Origin: an uncultured delta proteobacterium
GTDB lineage: Bacteria; Myxococcota_A; Polyangia; Fen-1088
Direction of reading: 5' to 3'
DNA: 64,000 bases
Assembly (NCBI GenBank): GCA_963755125.1
Contig: CAVWIP010000012.1
Span: 160,001-224,000, forward strand
The translations under genes and the position numbers were made by a program. Shown one piece after another: positions 36,750-44,624 of this stretch. How positions within the stretch are numbered: position 1 is the first letter of the stretch; every line of letters begins with the position of its first letter. The notes below the pieces were generated by a model that had not been told where the DNA came from, searched no databases, and saw only the letters and a list, made by a program, of their open reading frames with translations.

Positions 36750-37247
36750 ATGAGCCCGAAACTGCGTATCCCGTCTCGCCGCCTGTGGATGGCGCTTGTT
36801 CGTGTCTCCTTGCTTGGAGCGTCCCTTCTCGCCCTTGCCGTCTTTGGCAGCATGGCCTGCGAGGACAACGGGATTGGCCGTCCCTGCGATATCTTGGTTG
36901 ACGCTGGTCAGACGCAGGCCGTTTACAATCCTCAGGCGCTCGAGTGCCCGAGCCGGATCTGCCTCAAGCCCGTCAATGAGAACAGTGCGAACGTAACGAC
37001 TGGCCCCTACTGCTCGGCGACATGCTCAAGCGATAGCGACTGCAGTGGACAGAAGAAGGACATGAGTGACAATAGCGACCACCGCTGCGCAACAGGCTAC
37101 GCCTGCGGTGTGGCCTTCGTTGTCGGCGCGCTCTGCTGCCAGAAGCTCTGCCTCTGCAAGGACTTCCTGGTCGCCGGGGCCGGTCTGACGACGCCGACCG
37201 CCTGTGACCCCAAGCTGAACAACGGAAAGACGGCCTGCGATCAGTAG
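36750..37247 (+). CDS. cglC: Cys-rich lipoprotein, CglC/GltK (AgmO)-like
   Basis: AGGAGG RBS; lipobox SMAC; IGRPC...ALECPSRICL...YCSATCSSDSDC...CC..LCLC; divergent from the glt operon. Confidence 0.72.
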   Translation: MSPKLRIPSRRLWMALVRVSLLGASLLALAVFGSMACEDNGIGRPCDILVDAGQTQAVYNPQALECPSRICLKPVNENSANVTTGPYCSATCSSDSDCSGQKKDMSDNSDHRCATGYACGVAFVVGALCCQKLCLCKDFLVAGAGLTTPTACDPKLNNGKTACDQ

Positions 37248-37259
37248 CGAACGGCGGGG

Positions 37260-37642
37260 ATGGGTGCCCGCGCAACGCGGGACGCGCGGCGGTTGGTGCA
37301 CGCGCCGAGGCTCTGGCTGCCGCCCTGCTGGAAGCGCGTGGCTATCGCATCGTCGAGCGAAACTGGCGCCGCCCCCAGGGAGAATTGGACTTGGTGGCGG
37401 AATATCGAGGCATCCTTGTCTTCGTCGAGGTCCGCTCGCGCACGGGTGAGGAACGCGGGCATCCTCTTGAAACGGTGAATGCTCGCAAGCGAGCCCGCGT
37501 CGTGCGCGCCGCTCGCCTGTACCTGGAAGACAACCAGCCCACTGCTACGGCATTCCGTTTCGATGTCGTAGGGGTGACCTTCGCTTGCGACGGGGCTCCG
37601 CCCACAATGACTCACGTGGAAGACGCGTTTCGCGTGGGTTGA
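37260..37642 (+). CDS. yraN: YraN (UPF0102) family putative endonuclease; apparent 1-nt frameshift near 37295 or non-canonical start
   Basis: GARAE..A..LE.RGYRIVERNWR...GELDLVA...LVFVEVRSR...RFDVV; no in-frame ATG/GTG/TTG upstream of the conserved N-terminus. Confidence 0.85.
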
Positions 37643-37654
37643 GGCTGTTCACTC

Positions 37655-37798
37655 ACATGGGAACCCTGGAAGGGTTCCCATCCCCTCCCGCGATGGTCCG
37701 CCGCCGGCGAGGGCGCGCGCGAAGCGCGCGGGGTGGGCAGGGTGGCGGGTCGTCCCAAAGTCCCCGCAGGGGGCAAAGCCGGCGGGCTCCCCACGCGA
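37655..37798 (+). repeat. Palindromic REP/MITE-like element, long form (144 nt)
   Basis: Begins ACATGGGAACCCT-GGA-AGGGTTCCCAT (11-bp stem) and ends GGGCTCCCCACGCGA, directly abutting the rplS stop; homologous to 38293-38586 and 39729-39806. Confidence 0.88.
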
Positions 37799-38233
37799 CT
37801 ACACCACGCTGGGCGCTTCGCCGTCGATAGCAGGAACGGCCTCTTCGGGAGCCGAACCGCCAACCTCTCCCTGCTCCACAACGCTGCGCTCACCCTTGAT
37901 ACGCGCCGCGCGGCCCTGCAGATCCCGCAGATAGTTGAGACGAGCCCGGCGTACGCGCCCGCGCTGCACAATCTCAATCTTCTCGATCCGGCTCGTGTGC
38001 AGAGGGAAGATGCGCTCGACGCCCACGCCATACGAGATCTTGCGCACAGTAAACGATGCGCAAGCCGAGCCGGAGCGCCGGTCAATGCACACACCCTCGA
38101 ATATCTGGACGCGCTCCTTTTCGCCTTCTTTGATCAGGGTGTGAACCCTAACGCTGTCACCCGGCCGAAAATCCGGAATGTTGTCCCGCCGGTAGGCATT
38201 CTCGATCGCTCGTATCAGGGGGTGCGTGCTCAT
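37799..38233 (-). CDS. rplS: 50S ribosomal protein L19
   Basis: [54 protein letters not shown]. Confidence 0.97.
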   Translation of the reverse strand: MSTHPLIRAIENAYRRDNIPDFRPGDSVRVHTLIKEGEKERVQIFEGVCIDRRSGSACASFTVRKISYGVGVERIFPLHTSRIEKIEIVQRGRVRRARLNYLRDLQGRAARIKGERSVVEQGEVGGSAPEEAVPAIDGEAPSVV

Positions 38234-38258
38234 GGGTCCGCTCGATGCAGGGGCGTAT

Positions 38259-38287
38259 TTACTACGCGGAAGGAGGCCGGCAGTCAA
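38259..38287 (-). promoter_or_regulatory. Candidate internal sigma70 promoter for rplS
   Basis: TTGACT-N17-TAGTAA between the repeat cluster and the rplS ATG. Confidence 0.4.
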
Positions 38288-38292
38288 CACTT

Positions 38293-38586
38293 ACATGGGA
38301 ACCCTGGGAGGGTTCCCATATCCCTCTCGCGCTCTGGCTCTGGCGGGCTAAGCCCGCCTTCGCCTACGCGATCATGGGAACACAAAGACCTCGCCTAGCC
38401 CTTCGGCCCCCACACCTGCCCCCCCCGACGCTCGCTTCTCTCGGCCTCACCTCCCGCGATGGTGCGCCACGCGCGGCACTGGCAGAGCGGCGGGCAACGA
38501 GGGCGCGCGCGCGGCGCGCGGGGCAGGCAGGGTGGGGTTGTTGGTCCCGAAGTCCCCGAAGGGGGAGCCCGCCTTCGCCTACGCGA
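38293..38586 (+). repeat. Mosaic cluster of the same palindromic element family (BIME-like)
   Basis: Contains the hairpin ACATGGGAACCCT-GGG-AGGGTTCCCAT; AGCCCGCCTTCGCCTACGCGATC twice (from 38351 and 38566); a 38450-38565 module homologous to 37683-37773; and an inverted partial module at 38401-38448. Confidence 0.85.
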
Positions 38587-39364
38587 TCCCATCCAGCTCG
38601 GCGAGCAGGGCCCTGTCTTCTTCGGTCAGCGGGTACCGGTCGATCAGGTCAGGACGGCGCAACAACGTACGCCGCAGTGCTTCTCGCCGACGCCAACGTG
38701 CCACTCGGGCATGGTTACCTGAAAGCAACACGTCTGGAACACCCAGCCCGCGGTAGACGGGAGGCCGGGTCCACTGAGGAAACTCCAGTCGGCCGACCGA
38801 GAAAGACTCTTCCACCACCGACTCCCCGCAACCGAGCACTCCCGGCACCAAGCGCGCGGTGGCCTCGATGATGACAGCGGCCGCAACCTCGCCGCCAGCC
38901 AACACATAATCCCCGATGCTCACCGACTCGTCGGCGTAGATCTGGGCGATGCGCTCGTCCAGACCCTCATAGCGGCCGCAGATGAGCATGATGTGGCCGC
39001 GAGCCGTCAAGTCTGCGGCACACTTCTGGTCGAACAGTCGCCCTGACGGTGTGAGCAGGATCCGATACGCTCGCCCGCGCCGAGTCTCGACATCGTCAAT
39101 GGCCGCCGCGACGGGTTCCGGGCGCAAGATCATGCCAGGTCCGCCGCCGTAGGGCGAGTCGTCGACCTGACGATGGCGGCCTGGCGCGAAGTCTCGCGGG
39201 TTGGTTCTCTCGACGGAGATGAGGCCGCTGCTGACAGCCTTTCCCAGCAGGCTGGCCTGGAGGAAGGAAGTGAACACCTCGGGAAACAGGGTGACAATCT
39301 CAACCACAAGCCGAGGTGACGTCGCGCCACCAACGTCGTCTGTGTCGAGCCGACCATCACTCAT
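38579..39364 (-). CDS. trmD: tRNA (guanine-N1)-methyltransferase
   Basis: IVTLFPE, VDDSPYGGGPGM, LICGRYEGLDER, SIGDYVLAGGE, LLSGNHA; ATG overlaps the rimM stop. Confidence 0.96.
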   Translation of the reverse strand: MSDGRLDTDDVGGATSPRLVVEIVTLFPEVFTSFLQASLLGKAVSSGLISVERTNPRDFAPGRHRQVDDSPYGGGPGMILRPEPVAAAIDDVETRRGRAYRILLTPSGRLFDQKCAADLTARGHIMLICGRYEGLDERIAQIYADESVSIGDYVLAGGEVAAAVIIEATARLVPGVLGCGESVVEESFSVGRLEFPQWTRPPVYRGLGVPDVLLSGNHARVARWRRREALRRTLLRRPDLIDRYPLTEEDRALLAELDGIA

Positions 39365-39959
39365 GAGGATCAACCACCACTCGTTTCGTCGAACGGTCGA
39401 TCGCCACAATGAACTCGGGCACCGCGGGAAGCAACCGCTCGTCCGTCTCCCCGCTCCCAATCACCATGACGTCGTGACCGCCGTTCCAGAACACCTTACG
39501 CACAACGCCCAGACTGCATCCCTCGCTGTCTTCGACCAGGCAGCCGACCAGGTCCTCCACGTAGAACTCGCCCGCTCCCAACGGCGGAAGCGTCGTCCTA
39601 CGCAACCACAACTCCCGCCCGGTCAGAGACGCCGCCTCCTTTCGCGTCGAAATGCCCTCCAGCCTGAGCAGAAATCCGTCGACAATTCGCCGAATCGCCG
39701 TGACCGTGGCCAGCGTTTCCGAGCCCGGTCGCGTGGAGAGCCCGCCGACTTCGTCGGCGGCGGACCGCCGCGGGAGGGTTTGGGAACCCTTCCGGGGTTC
39801 CCATGTCAACCCCCCAATCGCCACCTCTAGCGGCAGCGCAACGGTGTCCAGTCGCCAACCGCTGGAGTGAAAAGGGCGGAGGCTGATCTCGCCAGTAGTG
39901 CCGTGCGGCCGCCCCAAGGTTCCAAAGGGCAGACTCTCGGAAAGCACGCTGTGACCCAC
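39357..39959 (-). CDS. rimM: Ribosome maturation factor RimM carrying a 26-aa repeat-derived insertion
   Basis: GTLGRPHG..GE, A..L.G, EFYVEDLVG, GGHDV and LLP.V.EFI; canonical position between khpA and trmD. Confidence 0.93.
   Translation of the reverse strand: MGHSVLSESLPFGTLGRPHGTTGEISLRPFHSSGWRLDTVALPLEVAIGGLTWEPRKGSQTLPRRSAADEVGGLSTRPGSETLATVTAIRRIVDGFLLRLEGISTRKEAASLTGRELWLRRTTLPPLGAGEFYVEDLVGCLVEDSEGCSLGVVRKVFWNGGHDVMVIGSGETDERLLPAVPEFIVAIDRSTKRVVVDPHE
39729..39806 (-). repeat. Short-form (78 nt) palindromic element inserted in frame in rimM
   Basis: Minus strand ACATGGGAACCCCGGAAGGGTTCCCAAACCCTCCCGCGGCGGTCCGCCGCCGACGAAGTCGGCGGGCTCTCCACGCGA has the same two ends as 37655-37798. Confidence 0.88.
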
Positions 39960-39983
39960 TGAGCGCAGCGGAGAACCCCCGCG

Positions 39984-40268
39984 CTACTCGAGGATCTCCA
40001 AAATCGCACGTCGCTTCATCTTTGCTGAAGCGGCGGAAAGAACCGTGCGCAAAGCCTTGGCGGTGCGGCCTTGGCGCCCGATGACCCGTCCCAAGTCGGA
40101 TTCGGCCACCTTCAACTCGAAGACTGTACCGTCCTGCTCCTCGATTTCCTCGACCGCTACCTCATCGGGGTGCTCCACCAGCGCGCGCGCCAGATAGAGG
40201 ACCAGATCGCGCAGCGGAGGCGCTTTCTCGGAACCTCCCACGGAGGGGGACTCGGCGCCCTCTGTCAC
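39984..40268 (-). CDS. khpA: KH-domain RNA-binding protein KhpA (YlqC)
   Basis: LVEHPDEV, DLGRVIGRQGRTAKALRT; between rpsP and rimM. Confidence 0.93.
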   Translation of the reverse strand: MTEGAESPSVGGSEKAPPLRDLVLYLARALVEHPDEVAVEEIEEQDGTVFELKVAESDLGRVIGRQGRTAKALRTVLSAASAKMKRRAILEILE

Positions 40269-40275
40269 GGGAGCA

Positions 40276-40539
40276 CTACTCGGTCGGCGCCGCTACGGTT
40301 GCGCGCCTGACCTTCTTGATGAGCTGGCCGACGGTCTCGCTAGGAACGGCCCCCATGGCCAACCAGTGGTCGACACGGGCCATGTCGAACTTGACCTCGG
40401 GCGGGCTACGCCGCGGGTCGTAGATTCCAACCTGCTCGATCAGACGTCCATCTCGCGGACTCCGGCGATCCGAGGCGACAACGCGATAGTGCGGGGACTT
40501 CTTTCCTCCGCCGCGGGTGAGTCGTAGTGTGACGGCCAT
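40276..40539 (-). CDS. rpsP: 30S ribosomal protein S16
   Basis: MAVTLRLTRGG.KK.P.YRVVASDRRSPRDGR.IE.VG.YDP...WL..GA.PSETV. Confidence 0.97.
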   Translation of the reverse strand: MAVTLRLTRGGGKKSPHYRVVASDRRSPRDGRLIEQVGIYDPRRSPPEVKFDMARVDHWLAMGAVPSETVGQLIKKVRRATVAAPTE

Positions 40540-40716
40540 GTTATTGGGATCCTCGTGGGCTCGAGCTGAGCCAACGGCTGAGAGTGATTATAACGCATGC
40601 GATTGTCAAGGCGAAGGTGGTTCTTTTCTCTGCCGAATTTTATCAGCCTGCACGCGTTATTGCCCACCAATCAGAGTGACAACCGGCCGAGCCTCTGCGA
40701 TTTTCCTTTGGTTTTC

Positions 40717-42378
40717 ATGCGTTCACAGCCTCTAGGTCCTCTCCTGCTCGCCTTATTCGCGGCTCATTTCGCGTATCCGAGTAGCCTTGCCTTCGCCAGC
40801 CCGCGTGAACGCCGCGCCGTGGTCTTCTACACTGCACAGACCCAGGGCACGCTTGAACCCTGTGGCTGCACGAGCGATCCGCTGGGCGACATCGCGCGCG
40901 TGACCGCACTGGTTCGTGGCTCCGCACGAGCTGGCGCTACCCTCTTGGTTGATGCCGGCAATCTGACGTACCCCGCAGGTGAAATTCCATCGCGCAGACA
41001 AGAGGCTGCTGATCTGGTGGCAAGTTTCTTGGCCCGCGAGATCACCCGTCTGCCTTTCGGTGGCTCGGCCCTCGGCGAGACGGATCTTGCATGCGGGGTC
41101 GCCAAGGTTCAGCCCAAACGCTTGGCCGCCAACCTCGACAACCTGGCTTTCGTCGAGCCGTCGCGCATCAGCCCGGTGGGAGGAATCAAGATCGGAGTCT
41201 TCGGGCTGGTGGACCCCGCCCTCGTGCGGGAGAAAGGGCTGCGCGCGGAAGAACCAGTGAGCGCCGCTCATGCCGAGGCCGACCGATTGCGCGCGTCCGG
41301 TGCCGAGATCGTGATCGCGCTGGCGCCGCTCGAACGCCAACAGGCACGGGCGGTGGCGCGCGAGGCGTCGGTTGACTTCGTGGTGCTGGGGAATGACGTC
41401 GGCGAGGGATCGTCACGCGCAGAGAAGGTCGGCCGTGCTTTCCTTCTGGTCCCAGGTTCTGAGATGCAGCGGGTGGGCAGGCTGCAGATCGTTCTTCGCC
41501 ATGATGACGGGCGCCCTTCCGGTGAACCCCTGCGCGATGCCGGCGGACCGGCTGCGAGTCGCATGCGCTCCGAGGAGGTCGGCCGCCAACTCCGACAGCT
41601 AGATGCCGAGCTTGCACGCTGGGAAGAAGACGCCAGCAGCGACCCAGCCTTTGTGGCGGCCAAGCGCGAGGAGCGAGCCGAACTGCGCGCCGAGGCCGCC
41701 CGGCTGGCCAGCACGCCGTGGTCAGCCCCAGCCAAAGGCTCGTATTTCATCAACGAGCTTGTGCCCATACGACGCAGCTTGGCCCGTGATCCTGCCCTGG
41801 CTGCCAGCATGCGGAGGCTTGACCAGGCGGTGGGTGCCGCCAACCTTCGAGTGGCAGAGCCACCTCCACCCGCCGAACCGGGCCAGGCCCACTTCTTGGG
41901 TGACGCTTCCTGCGTGCGCTGCCACAAGGCGGCGGTGCGGTTCTGCAAACGCACGGCCCACGCGCATGCGTGGAGAACCCTGCAAGCTGTGGGCAAGACA
42001 GGCCACGGCGACTGTGTTAGCTGCCATGTCACAGGCTACGGCGAGATGGGTGGGTCGAGCCTAGGGTTCAGCAAAGGCCTGGAGAACATCCAGTGCGAGG
42101 CTTGCCATGGCCCGGGCTCGATCCACGTCGAGAAGCGCGGGCTGGAGAAACCGCTCGCCCTGCGCACGCGCACACCCGAGTCGGTGTGCACGCGCTGCCA
42201 CAACGAGAAGCACTCCGACACCTTCCAGTACGAGGCCTATCTGCGCGACATCATCGGCCCCGGCCATGGCGAGGACGTACGCGACGATCTGGGCGCAGGA
42301 CCGACCGCCAGAGATCTGCGCCGAGCCGCCGCGAAGCGCGCGTCGATCTCTGCCAAGCAGCCGAAGGAATTGTGGTGA
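40717..42378 (+). CDS. Exported UshA-like (5'-nucleotidase-fold) protein fused to a tetraheme c554-type cytochrome
   Basis: Signal peptide; GTLEPCGC, LLVDAGN, KIGVFGL; four CxxCH motifs (CVRCH, CVSCH, CEACH, CTRCH). Confidence 0.85.
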   Translation: MRSQPLGPLLLALFAAHFAYPSSLAFASPRERRAVVFYTAQTQGTLEPCGCTSDPLGDIARVTALVRGSARAGATLLVDAGNLTYPAGEIPSRRQEAADLVASFLAREITRLPFGGSALGETDLACGVAKVQPKRLAANLDNLAFVEPSRISPVGGIKIGVFGLVDPALVREKGLRAEEPVSAAHAEADRLRASGAEIVIALAPLERQQARAVAREASVDFVVLGNDVGEGSSRAEKVGRAFLLVPGSEMQRVGRLQIVLRHDDGRPSGEPLRDAGGPAASRMRSEEVGRQLRQLDAELARWEEDASSDPAFVAAKREERAELRAEAARLASTPWSAPAKGSYFINELVPIRRSLARDPALAASMRRLDQAVGAANLRVAEPPPPAEPGQAHFLGDASCVRCHKAAVRFCKRTAHAHAWRTLQAVGKTGHGDCVSCHVTGYGEMGGSSLGFSKGLENIQCEACHGPGSIHVEKRGLEKPLALRTRTPESVCTRCHNEKHSDTFQYEAYLRDIIGPGHGEDVRDDLGAGPTARDLRRAAAKRASISAKQPKELW

Positions 42379-42451
42379 TACCGTCAGGGCCGGCGGGCCG
42401 GATCGGGTTCCGACCTCCAGCCTCCGGCGTCCTGCCTCCTGGGAGGCGGCG

Positions 42452-43447
42452 CTAGCCGTCGCGCTTCTTCGGCGACGAACCCGCGAGAATCTGATCGAGC
42501 AGGTCACTCTCGATGTTGCCCCCGCTGACCAGGACAACCACGCGACGACCCTGCACCGGGAGCTTGTCTTCCATGAGGCCGGCCAGCGCGACCGCTGCCG
42601 AGGCCTCGCACATGATGCCCAGGGACCGGTACGCGTACACGATGGCCTGGCGGATGCCCACCTCACTCGCCAAAGCAACCTCGGGGAAATAGTCCTTGGC
42701 CATAGCAAAGGTGCGCTCGCTAACCGCACCTTCCAGGCCCTCGGCCAGAGTGGGGCCGCCGTCGTATTGGGTGTAGGCTCGGCCATCCTCTAGCGAGCGC
42801 TTCATGGCGCAGTTGGCTTCAGGCGAGACGCCCAGCACGCGGATTCCGCGCGGAACCATTTCCACCCCCAACCCAGCCGCCAGGCCGCCGCCGCCCACCG
42901 GGGTCACCACCGTGTCCACGTCGGGAAGCTGGGCCAAGATCTCGCGTGCCAACACGCCTCCATTTCCCGCAATGACCCAGTCGTCGTCGAAAGCCGAGGC
43001 GAAGCTGAGCGAGGGATCGGCTGCCGCACGTCGGCGAGCCTCGGCTTCGGCTTGGTCATAGGACGCACCCGCGACCTCCAGCGCCGCGCCCAGCGCCAGG
43101 ATGCCGTCGCGCTTGCTTTGCGGTGTCTGGGCAGAGACCAGTACCCGGGCCTCGACCCCGAACGCACGGGCCGCCAGCGCTATGCCCAGCCCGTGGTTGC
43201 CCGCCGAGGCGGCGATGATGCGCTTCTTGCCTGCCTGGCACATCCCCGCTACGAACGCCGCAGCCCCGCGCAGCTTGAACGATCCGGTTCGCTGCAGCGA
43301 CTCGAGTTTGAGCCAAACATCCGCTCCGGTGCGGCGGCCCAACGCGGGCGCGGGAACGAGCGGCGTCACGCGCACCAGTCTGCGTACCCGTTCGGCGATG
43401 CTGCCGCCAGTGACTTCGGTCCAGATGTCTGGGTCGAACAGGCGCAT
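42452..43447 (-). CDS. PLP-dependent threonine/serine dehydratase (catabolic type, no regulatory domain)
   Basis: KLESLQRTGSFKLRGA, ASAGNHG, PVGGGGL and SGGN; start placed at ATG 43447. Confidence 0.9.
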   Translation of the reverse strand: MRLFDPDIWTEVTGGSIAERVRRLVRVTPLVPAPALGRRTGADVWLKLESLQRTGSFKLRGAAAFVAGMCQAGKKRIIAASAGNHGLGIALAARAFGVEARVLVSAQTPQSKRDGILALGAALEVAGASYDQAEAEARRRAAADPSLSFASAFDDDWVIAGNGGVLAREILAQLPDVDTVVTPVGGGGLAAGLGVEMVPRGIRVLGVSPEANCAMKRSLEDGRAYTQYDGGPTLAEGLEGAVSERTFAMAKDYFPEVALASEVGIRQAIVYAYRSLGIMCEASAAVALAGLMEDKLPVQGRRVVVLVSGGNIESDLLDQILAGSSPKKRDG

Positions 43448-43532
43448 GGGGTCGATGCACGCTACCAGCGCAGCCCGCAAAACGCCACGTGTCTGCGTGC
43501 GTTCGGCCAGTGAGGGCGGTAGACCTAGATCG

Positions 43533-44618
43533 ATGCTCGACATCGACATTGCCCGGCTCGTGCGCTCGGGCCAGGTGGAAGCAAGCCGGGCCGAGCGCGT
43601 GCTCTGGCTGTGGAGCGAGATCCGCCGCCTCAAGCGAGAAAAGAACGCCTTCGTGCCCGCCCACAACTACCAGGTGCCGGAGGTGCAGGTTATTGCCGAC
43701 ACGGTCGGCGATTCCTTCGAGCTGGCGGTGCGCGCCCGCGACGTAAAAGCGCGCCTGGTGGTCTTCTGCGGTGTCCGCTTCATGGCCGAGGGCTGTACCA
43801 CCCTGGCTCCGGACGTGCCCGTCTACCTGCCGAACCAGCAGGCGCTCTGCTCGCTGGCGGAGATGGATGCAGACGATCTCGAGGAACGGCAGCAGTTCTT
43901 GCGCTCGCTTGGGCGCAAGTTCGCCACCATGACCTACGTGAACACCTACGCCAGCGTGAAGGCTCTGTCCGACGTGTGTTGCACCAGTTCCAACGCGGTG
44001 AAGATCGCCGACCGGCTGGGCGCGCCGGACCTGCTCTTCGTGCCCGACCAAAATCTCGCCTATCAGGTGGCGCTTCAGACCCGACGCATGTACCTGCCTC
44101 CGCCGGAGCCGCACCAGTTCCATCCGCGCGAGTACCTGGCGCGCGTCGAACCTCTGCTCCGAGAAGGCGAGCGCGCGGGTCTAGTCGGCAACATTTTCGC
44201 CTGGGAAGGCGCCTGTCACGTGCACCAGCAGATGACCCTGGCCGACATCGCCCATATCCGCCAGGAAGATCCCGAGGCCGTGGTCATCGTGCACGGCGAG
44301 GTGAAGCCCGAATTGCAGCAGGCCGCCGACGAGGTGATGTCGACCGCACAGATGGCCAAGTACGTCGCCAGCCATCCCGAGAAGAAACGCCTGGCCATCC
44401 TCACCGAGTGCGGCCTGGTGGTACGTCTGGAGCTGGAGCACCCCGACCGGCAGTTCTACAAGCCCTGCCGGCTGTGCGAGCACATGAAGGCCATCACCCT
44501 GGAGAGCGTCTACGAAACCCTGCGCGACGAGCCAGCCCACTGCCTGGTCACGGTTCCCGAGGGTGTGCGACAGCGCGCCGCGACCGCCATGCTGCGCATG
44601 ATCGAGCTTGCTGCGTGA
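43533..44618 (+). CDS. nadA: Quinolinate synthase
   Basis: AHNYQ, GDS, FCGVRFMAE, CSLA, YVNT, CTSSNA, CHVH and C.HMK (Fe-S Cys present). Confidence 0.93.
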   Translation: MLDIDIARLVRSGQVEASRAERVLWLWSEIRRLKREKNAFVPAHNYQVPEVQVIADTVGDSFELAVRARDVKARLVVFCGVRFMAEGCTTLAPDVPVYLPNQQALCSLAEMDADDLEERQQFLRSLGRKFATMTYVNTYASVKALSDVCCTSSNAVKIADRLGAPDLLFVPDQNLAYQVALQTRRMYLPPPEPHQFHPREYLARVEPLLREGERAGLVGNIFAWEGACHVHQQMTLADIAHIRQEDPEAVVIVHGEVKPELQQAADEVMSTAQMAKYVASHPEKKRLAILTECGLVVRLELEHPDRQFYKPCRLCEHMKAITLESVYETLRDEPAHCLVTVPEGVRQRAATAMLRMIELAA

Positions 44619-44624
44619 ATCCCG

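Noticed and set aside
38245..38871. 208-aa plus-strand ORF across the repeat cluster
   Set aside because: Made of repeat sequence and antisense trmD; stop-free frames are expected at this GC content
37655..39806. CRISPR array or autonomous IS interpretation of the palindromic repeats
   Set aside because: No regular repeat-spacer period, no cas or transposase gene, and no clear target-site duplication
40587..40609. TTGACA and TATAAT on the minus strand upstream of rpsP
   Set aside because: Only 11 nt apart, so not a canonical pair. A promoter is likely here but cannot be defined.
40861..40869. Possible selenocysteine recoding in the UshA-like CxC motif
   Set aside because: The codons are TGT-GGC-TGC, with no in-frame TGA
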